Source of the DNA: Toensbergia leucococca
Taxonomy: Eukaryota
Assembly (NCBI GenBank): GCA_022813965.1
Contig: JALDZS010000047.1
Coordinates: 1-64,000 of the forward strand
DNA: 64,000 bases
Direction: 5' to 3'
Shown here: in pieces, positions 25,521 through 36,199 of the stretch
Position numbering within the stretch: position 1 is the first letter of the stretch
How the letters are laid out: every line of letters begins with the position of its first letter
Made by a program: the position numbers and the translations under genes
The notes under the pieces: generated by a model
What the model saw: only the letters and a program-made list of their open reading frames with translations
The model's database searches: none
Told to the model about the DNA's origin: nothing

Positions 25521-27627
25521 GCTGCTGCTGCTTCTGATGCTGCTGCTGCTGCCTCTGGTGCTGCTCCCGCTGCTGCTGCTGCTGTCGCTTCCCCTGTTGC
25601 TGCCGCCGCCACCACCGCTGCCACCACCACCTCCGTCGGTCGTGGTAATCTTGGTAACGGGGGCAATCGGGGCAATCGTGGAAGCGGTGGTCGCGGTAGT
25701 CGTGACGGTCGCGGTGGTCGCGGTGGTCGCGGTGGTCGCGATGGTCGTTGTGGTCGTGGTGGTCGTGGTACCACCTCTACTATTCGTCGTGCTGGTGAGT
25801 TGAAAATGTCTCTTGCAACAGCTACCAGGCCTTTTCGTCTCAACATTCCTTTTATCTGAAAGCTAATTCATGTTAGCTTCCTCCGGTGCCTCAGCTGGCC
25901 CGGCTCATTACGTTGGCAACGACCCGAATGAGCTCAACCGAGAACGGGTGCGAAATGATCGTCTTCGTGAGGAGCAACGTGGCGGTCCATTCGGTGGATT
26001 TCGTCGTCATGCTTCTATAGAATTCGACATTCAAGCTCCTCCAGGATCGGGAGTTCGGAGGCAGCGACAGCCAAGGCCGGATCTTCCAATCGCTCCGCCC
26101 ACACAGCCGCATCAACCTCTGCCTGCCGTTGCCTCAAGGCAAACGTACTTTAGGTTTTGTGGTTACTGCAAGGCTGACATGGGGCCTGCGGATAATCAGC
26201 CCGGTCTCCCGCCTCCTACTATTTGTCTCAATTGTGGCGAGCCCCGAGATCCGATACCTGCTCAGAGTACTGCGGCTCAAGCTCCTTTTCCTATTCAGGT
26301 TCCAGCTCCTCTGCCCGTTCAGGCTCCTGCTCCTCTTCCTGTTCAGGTTCCCCTTCAAGCTCAGGCTTCAATTCCTGGGTACTTTCCCTCCCGTTTGCCG
26401 TTGAGTGAATTAGAACAGGAGCTTGAATTACTCCGGGAAGCCAGGCAGAGGAGAATGATTCATCAACTCCGCGAAAAGCTGTTGCTTGATGAGATTGCAG
26501 AATGGGATACCCTTAGAGATCATCGCTCCGCTACAAGGGATGCTCGTTCATGTCGTGGAAGTAATCTCAAACGTGAGCGATCTCCCACGGAGGATCGTTC
26601 GCTTTGGGAAGAGCCTGTTGCTCGACGACCACGACGTGATCACAGTCAACTTCCTGCTGGTGGTATCCCTGTATACCGTGGTCCATTCCGTGGTTTCAAT
26701 CCACATTCGGTGCAGCCTCAAGCGGTACCTTCCGGGGTGACTCCTACTTCGACCAACCTTGACCCGCAAGTCAAGGTTCAGAAGAGGAAAAAACCTAATA
26801 GGGAGCAGAGGCGGGCAAATAGAGCTGCGAAGGAGGCAGAGGCGAAGGTTGAGGAGGTGAATGCTGAGCAGGCAAAGGCTGAGGAGGTGAAGGCCGAGAC
26901 TGCAAAGGAGATAAAGATGGAAGCCAACGAGGCCGACATCAAGGAAGAAGGGGAGGAGCAGGGCAGAGATACTCGGAATCTGCTTGATTTTCAGGTTGCA
27001 CATCATAATCTGAGGGAGAGAATGCGACGTGACTCTGACCTGCAATCAAGAGAACGGCTCCAGGGATATAGCGTACAACGAGACATCGAACGTACGTTCC
27101 GTGCCTTGATGCAAGACTCGCCGCGTGGCTCAAGCCGACACATGTACTTCACCGCTCAAGCTGCCTCTCATTCCGAGCTCGCGGATTGCCTACTCCAGCA
27201 TGAGAGGGAGCTCAGAAGTATTTGTGATAACGCCGAGTTCCGCTTATCTCAAGTCCATGATTCTGCATCGATAGACACTTTTACGACATCCTATGAGGAT
27301 GAGTTAAAGTCCCATCGGGAGAGGCTTCTTGACGCACAGCTGGCAGTTATCAGTACTCGGGATGCCATACTTCAGCAGTCATCTGCACTGCTGTCTGAGC
27401 CTCTTTCTTTGATGGACTCACAGCAGCAGCCACAGGTGCCGGTGGACGAGGGTCGTATGTTGACGGACACACCGCACCAGGAACCATCGATGATCGGCTT
27501 GCAGCAGCAGCAGCAAGTGCCGATGGACGAGGGTCGTATTGTGGAAGTTAGTAGTAGAGAGAGTTCTCCCGACTCTGCCGCCGCAGCCACCGCAGCTTAC
27601 CTCAATGGGCCAGCAGCAGAAGATTAG
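25464..27627 (+). CDS. Orphan protein A: Ala-rich and RGG-rich N-terminus, CxxC...CxxC motif, coiled coil; 2 exons (25464-25794, 25877-27627)
   Basis: Intron GTGAGT(25795)...GCTAAT...TTAG(25876) joins the two ORFs in frame (G|CT). The same intron is conserved in the paralogue at ~29239-29322. Confidence 0.7.
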
Positions 27628-27673
27628 AACTCTAGAGACGAGAGCCATATAGAATAAATACTAGTGGTCAATA

Positions 27674-28216
27674 GTCACTTGAGTTGATTTTAGGTGTCAC
27701 TACCTCTTTCAGAAATCTTCTGATGTTGGTGGTATTTGAGGGGCGTCAATGCTCACATCCCATTTTGAGGGCGTCACTGCTCACATCCCATTTAGAGGGC
27801 GTCACTGCTCACATCCCATTTTGAGGGCGTCACTGCTCACATCCCATCTTGCGGGCGTCAATGCTCACAAGGTGAGGGAGATGAGGGCGTCAATGCTCAC
27901 ATCCCATCTTGCGGGCGTCAATGCTCACAAGGTGAGGGAGATGAGGGCGTCAATGCTCACATCCCATTATGAGGGCGTCAATGCTCACACCATCTTGCGG
28001 GCGTCATTGCTCACAAGGTGAGGGAGATGAGGGCGTCAATGCTCACATCCCATTATGAGGGCGTCAATGCTCACACCATCTTGAGGGCGTCAATGCTCGG
28101 AGGAGGGGGATGTAACAGCCTCTCATTTTGAGAAGCGTCAATGCTCACAAAAGGAGGGGGGTGTTACAGCCTCCCATTGACAGGCGCACTTTACGTGAGC
28201 CTTCAAAGGGGGAGTG
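27674..28216 (+). repeat. Tail module 1: one AGGT-GTCACT-ACCT hairpin, 14 GGGC-GTCAHT-GCTC units and the terminal two-hairpin element (28151-28216)
   Basis: Counted directly from the sequence; includes an exact 60-bp duplication (27841-27900 / 27901-27960). Confidence 0.92.
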
Positions 28217-28356
28217 ATTTGATGAAAGACTAATGTCTTATTGAATTCAATTCAACATATGATCTTGCAATGGCGGGTGAATATACAAGATACTTGATCT
28301 ACAGCGTATATGACTTGCCTCAACGTAGAGAAATTATGTGATATTGCACCACATAT

Positions 28357-28508
28357 TGTCAGGGATAATCACATAGTGAGGTGGTATCTCTGATAAAGTA
28401 TGGTTGAATAGTATGATGGATGGATGAGAAAGTACGGAGTAGGGGGGTGAGCTCTTTAGGTGTGCGCCGAGCTAAGTGAGGTGCTAGGCCCAATGCGTCA
28501 ACACATCA
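28357..28508 (+). repeat. ~150-bp dispersed repeat (TGTCAG...ACACATCA); inverted copy at 46181-46338
   Basis: The reverse complement of 46181-46338 aligns along its length, differing mostly by G>A transitions. Confidence 0.88.
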
Positions 28509-28644
28509 TGGTGCCTGGTGGAGAAAACCCTGCCTCCGCCATTGCAAGAGGAGAAGGATCTAGATGAGGCCATTTGAGTACGGTCTTTGTAAAGGTCTCA
28601 AGTTGGCAATCAAGATCCTTCCAGTATTCAGTCTCAGCCATGAA

Positions 28645-29370
28645 ATGGACCAGACACGACCCTTCGTACTCCCTATCACAATGAATAGCTCAATCATTGT
28701 TTCATGCACCCTTCCTTCATCTTTTTTCTTCTTGTTTTCCCCACCTTCACTCTCCATATCCTCACTTCATATTGATGAAGCTCATCCTTCACAGTGGGTG
28801 AATCTCGCGATTCTGATTCATAGATGTTCCAAATCCACTACTTAACAGTGGAGCATTCTCACAATTTTCTCTTCTTCATACACACTCTCTTGTCTCAACA
28901 TATATATATGCGCTCAAGACCTTTATCCTCTATGTTGATCTTTGATGGGCCTTGTCTTCTTCAACCCAACCCATATATATATACCTCACATACTCTACAC
29001 CCACCTCCACAAGCTTACGCAGACTCACTTCAAAGTTTAACTGCATCCTGTATTTGATACTCTCAACTTCCTAAACTATCACTATCATTAATCAGTGATG
29101 TCTCCCTCTTCGTTCAAAGGGGCGAAGAAGCTCTTCTTGGGTGCCTTCATGAGGCCTGATGAGAAGAAGGTCGATTGAGCTGAAGACGCTGCTGCTGCTG
29201 CTGCCGCTGCTTCCGATGCTGCTCCCGCTGGTGCTGCTGGTGAGTTGTAATTTGTCTCTTGCAACAGCTGCCAGGTCTTCTTGTCTTAACAATCCTTTTA
29301 TCTGAAGGCTAATTCATGTTAGTCGCCCCACGGACGCCAACTTCCTCCGGTGCCTCAGCTGGCCCGGCTG
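28645..29370 (+). pseudogene. Head copy 2 with paralogue B of gene A (ATG 29098), carrying a premature stop
   Basis: 28645-29196 is near-identical to 32555-33096. Exon 1 reads MSPSSFKGAKK...KVD*AEDAAAA, with TGA where gene A has TGG (DWAE). Intron 1 and the start of exon 2 (SSGASAGPA) match gene A. Confidence 0.75.
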
Positions 29371-30099
29371 TCGCTCGCCCCCCGAGTAAGTTATAGCATA
29401 TATACCTAAACATAAGATTTATTGTTAACTTGATATAGGCCCGGCACCGATCCCATCCATAAATCCTTGGGGTGAGGCGCCTGAGCCACACGACTCACCT
29501 ATGGGGGACTATCCTAATAGTAAGCTCTATCAGCCTTGTCACTGTATGCCTATCATTAATGTGATCATAGCGCCTGAGCAATCAAAAGCACTGAAAGAGG
29601 CTGAAAATGCTGAAAAGGCGGCCGGCCATGTTCGACGGGCTGCCGAAAAGAAGGCTGCCGCTACCGCTTCTCCTGCTGCCGCTTCTCCTGCTGCTGCTAC
29701 TGCTGCTGTCGTGGACGTCAAGTCTGAACCAGCTAAAGATGAAGCCATAAAGTCTCAAGCTGCAGATGTGGTTGAGGTTAAATCAATCCCAACTTCAAAA
29801 GTACTAGAGTCTAAAGCGGCAAAGAAGGATAAGCTCCGTGCCAAGCTTGCAGAGAAGAAGAAGAAGGCTCGAGAGCTTAAGAAGACCTCGGCAGCTTCAT
29901 CATCAGAGTCAACACGCTCGTAGAGTTGAACGTGAACCACTGGTTCATTCTCAAGGGCGTGGCGAGCGACAGTACAACCGGGTCCGGAGTCGCAGCCGTA
30001 GTCCTCTTGCTAATTTGCTCGAGGTTGAGATGAAACTATCTGATGCTATCATCTGGCTGTCCGCAGGCGCGACGAATGCTACCTAGGGAATTAATAGTG

Positions 30100-31828
30100 G
30101 ATAGTAATATGGATCAAAAGATGATCCTCTCTCTCCTCACTGTTTCCAGAAGCGTATTTTATACTGGGAGAGACTCCGTGCTCTTAAGAGTCACTTTGCA
30201 CCCTCCGATTTTGCTCGCAAAATTGAACTAGAACAAATCTACCGTCGACTTGCTAAAGGACCAAGCTCTAGACAGGATCCTGAGACATGGCTTAATGAGT
30301 TTAAGCAAATGCTTGCAAAGGCAAAGGTAGAAAAGATTGGTGAAGTACTGAAACCTGGACGGCCATACCGTGACTTTCTTCAAGCCATAAAGTCAACAGC
30401 ACCTGTTCCAGCCAATGTCTTGCAACGGGAAATGCGGACCCTTAGAGAGAGGGACTTAGAAAGATCATGAACACTTCCATGGAGGATTACCGGGAGGAGA
30501 TGAAGGTGTTAAAGGCACAGGAAAAGCCCGGCAATTCCGCATTCTCAACAGACAACAGCAAAGACAAGACTCCTGAAGATAAGCCTTCTTTCCGTGACAA
30601 GGGACAGCAGCAACCTAAAGGAAAACGACAACCAAAGTCATGTGTTTGTCAAGAACCTGACAATGAAAATCCTCATTGATGGGTTAACTGCCCTTACCTC
30701 AAGAAGGACGCACAGACAAAAGGATAGAAACCTGATAAGAAGATTAGAAAGATAGTGAACACAAAGCTAGAAGATTTTGAGTTTAAAGAGAAAGTACTGC
30801 TTGCAATTAGCAAGAGCAAGAAGTACAAAGGAAAGGAAGGAAGCACATCTACTAATGATGAAGATTTAGATGGTGTCTTTCTCAGCACGCTTGCTGTGGA
30901 CTTTTCTCTCCGTACATCATGGATCATAGACCCTAAATCTTCTCTTCATGTATGCAATAATACAATGCAAGGAAGATACATCGCAGAGCAGACCTGTGAT
31001 GAGAAGGTTGCCGCGGGCAACTCTCACCTACAGGTAGAATCTGTTGGTTTTATCATCATAACACTACAATCACCTACAGGACCTAAGAAGATCAAGTTGA
31101 CTAATGTGCATTATGTGCCTGGTTTTCTTACAAACCTGGTATCTGCGAGCATTCTAGCTGACAAGGGGGTATACTTTGACACCCAACATGAGCGCTTACA
31201 TACCAACGGGGTTACAAAGTACTATGCACCTAGACACGGTCGGCACTATCTTCTAGAGAATAATTAGACAAAACAAGCCATCAGTACGTCAACTACAGAG
31301 TTTACAGAGTTACCCAAGCCAGATACCCGGCTCCCGCGAATACTGCGAATCCAACACGCGACAAACTCTCACGGAAGCCCCTATAAGATAGGGCCACACA
31401 CTCAGTAGCACGCACAGCAGTTCAGAGACAGCACTTCAGCATTTTCAGTAGAAGTGTGAACTGAGTTTAGGCTATATGGCTATGTATGAGCAAGGATAGT
31501 GGTTTGGACTTTAGGGGGTGAGATAGTCATCAGAAGTCCTACACGCGGTAGGCAATTACGCCGGCAAGAGACCTTATCCCCGGTTACAAAGATCACGGCA
31601 ATAGGCCTACATCATCAAGAGGCAACGGAAGCCCTACACAGTAGACACAAGAACATGAATTCAGAGGGAGTTGAAAAGAAAAGACTACGGGCAGAGGCTA
31701 TACAGAAGGCATAAGCTTGCGAAGTGAGAGGGAGTGTTGGGAAATTGCACTTCTTTAGCCCTTATGCTTAGCGAGCGCCCATAAGTAGCAGTTCTCCTCC
31801 TTAGCTATAGAATTAACCGTCATCAACA
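30100..31828 (+). mobile_element. Degenerate Ty1/copia LTR retrotransposon remnant (gag and protease, internally deleted, 3' LTR)
   Basis: gag-like FAPSDFARKIELEQIYRRL...WL...DFLQAI; protease-like WIIDPKSSLHVCNN...LTNVHYVPGFLTNLVS; in-frame stops. Polypurine tract GTGAGAGGGAG is followed by TGTTG(31735)...CAACA(31828). No integrase or RT seen. Confidence 0.8.
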
Positions 31829-32554
31829 CTGCTCTATATTCAAGAATAGGTGTGACGGTAGGAGTTGTAGGTGTAGCCGGTGCTGCTTTGGTTGTTTCTG
31901 ATCATGCTTCTGTTGTATCATCATCGTCGCACACGCTGGTCGTAATGGTGCTGTTGTCGCTGATTCAGTGATAAGGGAGTCAAAAACGGAGGTCTCACTG
32001 GTCTCGGAGGATGTTTCATCATCATCCTCTGAGAAGGAAGGAGTGTGTATGGCTGAAGAAGACGGTGTGACGGGAGACGTTGGTGCGATGAAGACAACCG
32101 TCATAATGGAAGTATATGAGATGACAGAAGGTGTAGGGGTAGCAGTCGGAGAAGAAGCTGAAGAAGTAGGAGGTATAATTGTGCGTTTCTCATGCTGTTG
32201 TCGCTTTCGTTCCTTCTCTCTCTGTCGGTTCTGCTCTTCTAGCTTGTCAAGCTCCTCACTGGTATTCTATGGAGTCTACGGAGACCGTCATCATGACAAC
32301 GGGCGGATCATTATTCAGCGAAGCTGGGAATTCCGGGGCCTGAGTTTTCAATGCATACGAAGCCTCTTCGTCCAAGAGCTTGTAGGTATGATGTGGAGAG
32401 GGCTAAATTGTTGAGAGGGGGCGTTTGTCACTCCGATAAAAGTCATATTGGTTGATATTGCCAGCTCGCTACGTTGCAGAGTGAGACTCTTGAGACAGTC
32501 GTTGATCTTAGCTTAATACTCCTCAATGACAGATATACAGGCACGAAGGCAAAG

Positions 32555-33140
32555 ATGGATCAGATACGACCTTTCGTATTCCCTATCACAATGAATAGCT
32601 CAATCGTTGTTTCATGCACCCTTCCTTCATCTCTTTTCTTCTTTTTCCTCCCCCTTCACTCTCATATCCAAGCCCATCTTCTCAGTGGGTGAATCTCGCG
32701 ATTCTGATTCATAGATGTTCCAAATCCACTACTTAACAGTGGAGCATTCTCACAATTTTCTCTTCTTCATACACACTCTCTTGTCTCAACATGTATATAT
32801 ATATACATTCAACACCTTTATCCTCTTTGTTGATCTTTGATGGGCCATGTCTTCTCCAGCCCATCCCATACATATATACCTCGCATACACACTCACATAC
32901 AACAAAGCTTACAAACTTACCTTTCAAAGTTGATCTGCTTCTTGTATTTGATAACTCTCAACTTCTTAGACTACCTATCACTATTGTTTAAATAGTGATG
33001 TCTCCCTCTTCATTCAAAGGCGCGAAGAAGCTCTCTTTGAGTGCCTTCATAGGGCCTGAGGAGGAGAAGGTTGATAGGGCCGAAGACGCTGCTGCTTCCG
33101 CTGCTGGACTCCACCAGCAACACAACCCTGAGTAAGCTCC
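32555..33140 (+). repeat. Head copy 3 with paralogue C first exon (ATG 32998, MSPSSFKGAKKLSLSAFIGPEEEKVDRAEDAAAS)
   Basis: ~550-bp match to 28645-29196, followed by a GTAAGC donor near 33131 and degenerate exons. Confidence 0.85.
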
Positions 33141-34023
33141 CCATTCCGCTCTTACAATATTCTCATTTACTTATCTATTCATCTCGCAATTAGATCATCG
33201 CCAAGATACACATCAGGCGCACCATCAAGACGAAGGTCGAGTCCGGAACAATCCAAGATGTAGGGATGGGAGTTTGAAGAGATAAGGGCTCTTACCTGAA
33301 GCCAATATATATCTTACCCTAGATCATGCCAAGGTGGCGATGGAGGCGAAAATCACTGCTCTCAAGGAAAGTGAAAGATTGCTGAAGGAAAAGATTGAGG
33401 CATCAATTCCAATCACTATCGCCATTACTATCTACAATTCCAAGACCTTTCTTACAGATCCTTCTTACTGCGATAAGATTAAGGGCTGACTCCGCCGGAA
33501 AATGCCTCGCAGGCTCCACCTCATGGAGCACGACTTGACAAGTCACGTTAAAGACATGAAGGATATCTGGCGGAACCTCTTAAGGTATTACAATTGCCTA
33601 CCCTCCTATGTGGTGGTCATCCGCTGCGACTCATGCAGTTTTCTAGTCTAAGAGTCCTAGTGGTGAGGAGAGTCAGCGAGGATTTTAAAGGTATGAGAAT
33701 TACCCAGGGTGGATTAAGGTGTCTTGTTGGGGCTTTTGGGTGAAAGGATTTAGGTGGCGACTATCACCACTTTAGGTAGCGTTCGCTTGTTTGTTGTGGT
33801 GTGGTGTTTTGACGAATTCATTCACTGCGAGGGGTGCGTGCTTAAATTCCCACCCTTCACCTCGTCGAATCCTTTCATCCTAAACACTCAAGGTATCCTA
33901 CCACACACATCAGACGACTGCTGGATAATTATCCACAAAGCTCGTTACTGTCAAGTAGTAGCCTTTACCTTACTTTTATTCTCCTTTTACGCATCACTGC
34001 GCCCTTTTACACACCACTACGCG

Positions 34024-35598
34024 ATGGAGGGAGAAAATCCGTCAGCGACTGGAGTAGCGAAGGAGCCAATAATGGATACCCTGCCAGCTATACTAGACCT
34101 TGCTACCGAACTCAGGGAGACCATCAGGAGCATACCAAATGTTCCAGATTCTTCTCTACCTGGCAATGTAAGGTACGAGCTCATAACACTAGAACGCAGC
34201 CTCTCCGAAGCAAATGCAGACCTGCAGTCCATCTATTCCATACTTAAGGCTACCCAAGAGAATCTTGTTGTTCAGCAACGCAGTTTGGACGTTCGGACAG
34301 GAACTGTAAACCATCGGGAGAAGGTCCTTGAAGAGAATGAGCGGAATCTTGTTGCCAGGACAGAGACTTTAGACGTTCGGACAGGAACTTTAGACCATCG
34401 GGAGAAGGTCATTGAAGGGTATGAGCGGAATCATGTCGCCAGTATGGAAAACATGAGTGCATTATCGGAGACGGTGAACGCCCAAAAACAACAGAATATA
34501 TCTCGAGCAGAAAACCTTAGAGCCTCAGAAAACACCCTCAGGACGGAAAGGGAGTCTTTCACTTCTCAAGTTGACGCTTTCAAGGCTGAGAAACGAGATT
34601 TTGAGAACGAAAAGAACGCTTTGGTTGTTCGAGAAAAACTCGTGACTGAACGCGAGTCCGCTATCACGGAAGGCCTCAAGAAGGAAGATACCGCAGCAAC
34701 AACTAGACACAAACGTTTCTTGCAGGCGTTTAGTGATGTATTCAAGCAAGCTATATCAGACCAAGAGTCAGCTATTGAAGGCCAAATTACACAACCGATG
34801 ACTGCATTGTCTGAACTTACCGAGGAACTGAGGGCGATGTTGGACGATCTCGGCATGCATCAATATAGACAAAGAACTCTAGGTTCAATAGAGAGTAGCA
34901 AAAGGGTCACTGATGATGACTTATCATCAGATATTCCACAACGCAAACGCGCTAGAGGGAGTAGAGAGAGCGGCGGTCTGTATGATGCCACGTCATCATC
35001 ACCACCGGATCTCACTGTCAACCAGCCGCCTGTATCTCTTGCGGCTGGAGGAGGACAGAGGAAAGGGTTGGATCCTGATCTAGAACCTTTACCTAACACC
35101 GAAGATGTCCCCGATGAGCATGATACCCAACACACACAGGACCAAGATGAACCAGATATCGCGGCAAATCTGAGTCTGCCGATGAAGGAACTCTGGAATC
35201 AAATCGACATACCAGATTCGCCGTGGAGTTTGGAAGTCAGCGAACGACTAGCTGAGTGCATCCGAAAAAGTGAATTTAGGGCTGACCCATACTGGCAACC
35301 GAAAACCATCTTGGATCGCTGCGCCAGTAATGGAACGGCCTTGTACAGGACTTCTAGAGATTATTGCCTTGCGCAAGATTTTCAGAGACAACCAATGAGA
35401 TTCAGTGAGGGCGCAAAGCAGCCTTGTGATGTCTGCAGACCCCAGGGCATAACTTGTTTCTACGTCAAGTATGTAGATGGAGTCGATGACCCTATTGGGA
35501 GACGAGACGGAACCGGCAAAATAATACCAAATACGGCAAGTGTCCACCAGACGACCTCTGTTGCCGGTAAACGGTGGAGATTATACGCGCGAGTATGA
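34024..35598 (+). CDS. Orphan coiled-coil protein with C-terminal Cys cluster (C..C...CDVC.....C)
   Basis: Open frame 33754-35598, likely ATG 34024 (MEGENP). Heptad-rich N-terminal half with a 21-aa duplication (LDVRTGT.HREKV.E.ERN). Confidence 0.65.
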   Translation: MEGENPSATGVAKEPIMDTLPAILDLATELRETIRSIPNVPDSSLPGNVRYELITLERSLSEANADLQSIYSILKATQENLVVQQRSLDVRTGTVNHREKVLEENERNLVARTETLDVRTGTLDHREKVIEGYERNHVASMENMSALSETVNAQKQQNISRAENLRASENTLRTERESFTSQVDAFKAEKRDFENEKNALVVREKLVTERESAITEGLKKEDTAATTRHKRFLQAFSDVFKQAISDQESAIEGQITQPMTALSELTEELRAMLDDLGMHQYRQRTLGSIESSKRVTDDDLSSDIPQRKRARGSRESGGLYDATSSSPPDLTVNQPPVSLAAGGGQRKGLDPDLEPLPNTEDVPDEHDTQHTQDQDEPDIAANLSLPMKELWNQIDIPDSPWSLEVSERLAECIRKSEFRADPYWQPKTILDRCASNGTALYRTSRDYCLAQDFQRQPMRFSEGAKQPCDVCRPQGITCFYVKYVDGVDDPIGRRDGTGKIIPNTASVHQTTSVAGKRWRLYARV

Positions 35599-35650
35599 TG
35601 TTGCGCCATACCACAGACTCGTCGTCGAAGCTTCGGATGATTGTGGCCAC

Positions 35651-36199
35651 GTCTCCCATTTTGAGGGCGTCAATGCTCATTTTGAGGGCGTCAATGCTCA
35701 CAAGGTCAGGGAGATGTGATAGTCTCCCGTTTTGAGGGCGTCAGTGCTCACAAGGTCAGGGAGATGTAATAGTCAGGCGTCAATGCCTACAAGTGGAGGG
35801 AGATGTAATAGTCTCCCATTTTGAGGGCGTCAATGCTCACAAGAGGAGGGAGATGTGATAGTCTCCCGTTTTGAGGGCGTCAATGCTCATTTTGAGGGCG
35901 TCAATGCTCACAAGAGGAGGGAGATGTAATAGTCTCCCGTTATGAGGGCGTCATTGCTCACAAGGTGAGGGAGATAAGACACGAAGCTCTTGGGTCCCTT
36001 GAGTAATCTTAGGCGTCATTGCCACTTTTATAATCCTTGAGGGATCTTTATGCTAGTGAATTGGAGGCAAGAATGGAGAAGCCACGAGTACCCAGGTGTC
36101 AATACCTAGGTGTTGGTATGGACTAAAGAGGGAGACGGGTGTAACAGCCCCCCATTGGCGTGCGCACTCCATGTGAGCAGCTGAAGGGGGTCTGAAGTG
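35651..36199 (+). repeat. Tail module 2: ~10 GTCAHT-loop hairpins interleaved with GGGAGAT-GTRATA-GTCTCCC hairpins, then the terminal element (~36125-36199)
   Basis: Starts ~50 bp after the stop at 35598. Its last ~205 bp align with ~45754-45963. Confidence 0.92.

Noticed and set aside
27848..27872. Resemblance of CTTGCGGGCGTCAATGCTC to Varkud satellite ribozyme stem-loop I
   Set aside because: Only the GGGC-GUC apex is similar; the cleavage-site internal loop and catalytic helices are not evident.
27738..28150. CRISPR array interpretation of the repeats
   Set aside because: Intervening sequences are short and themselves repeated rather than unique spacers; no cas genes; eukaryotic context.
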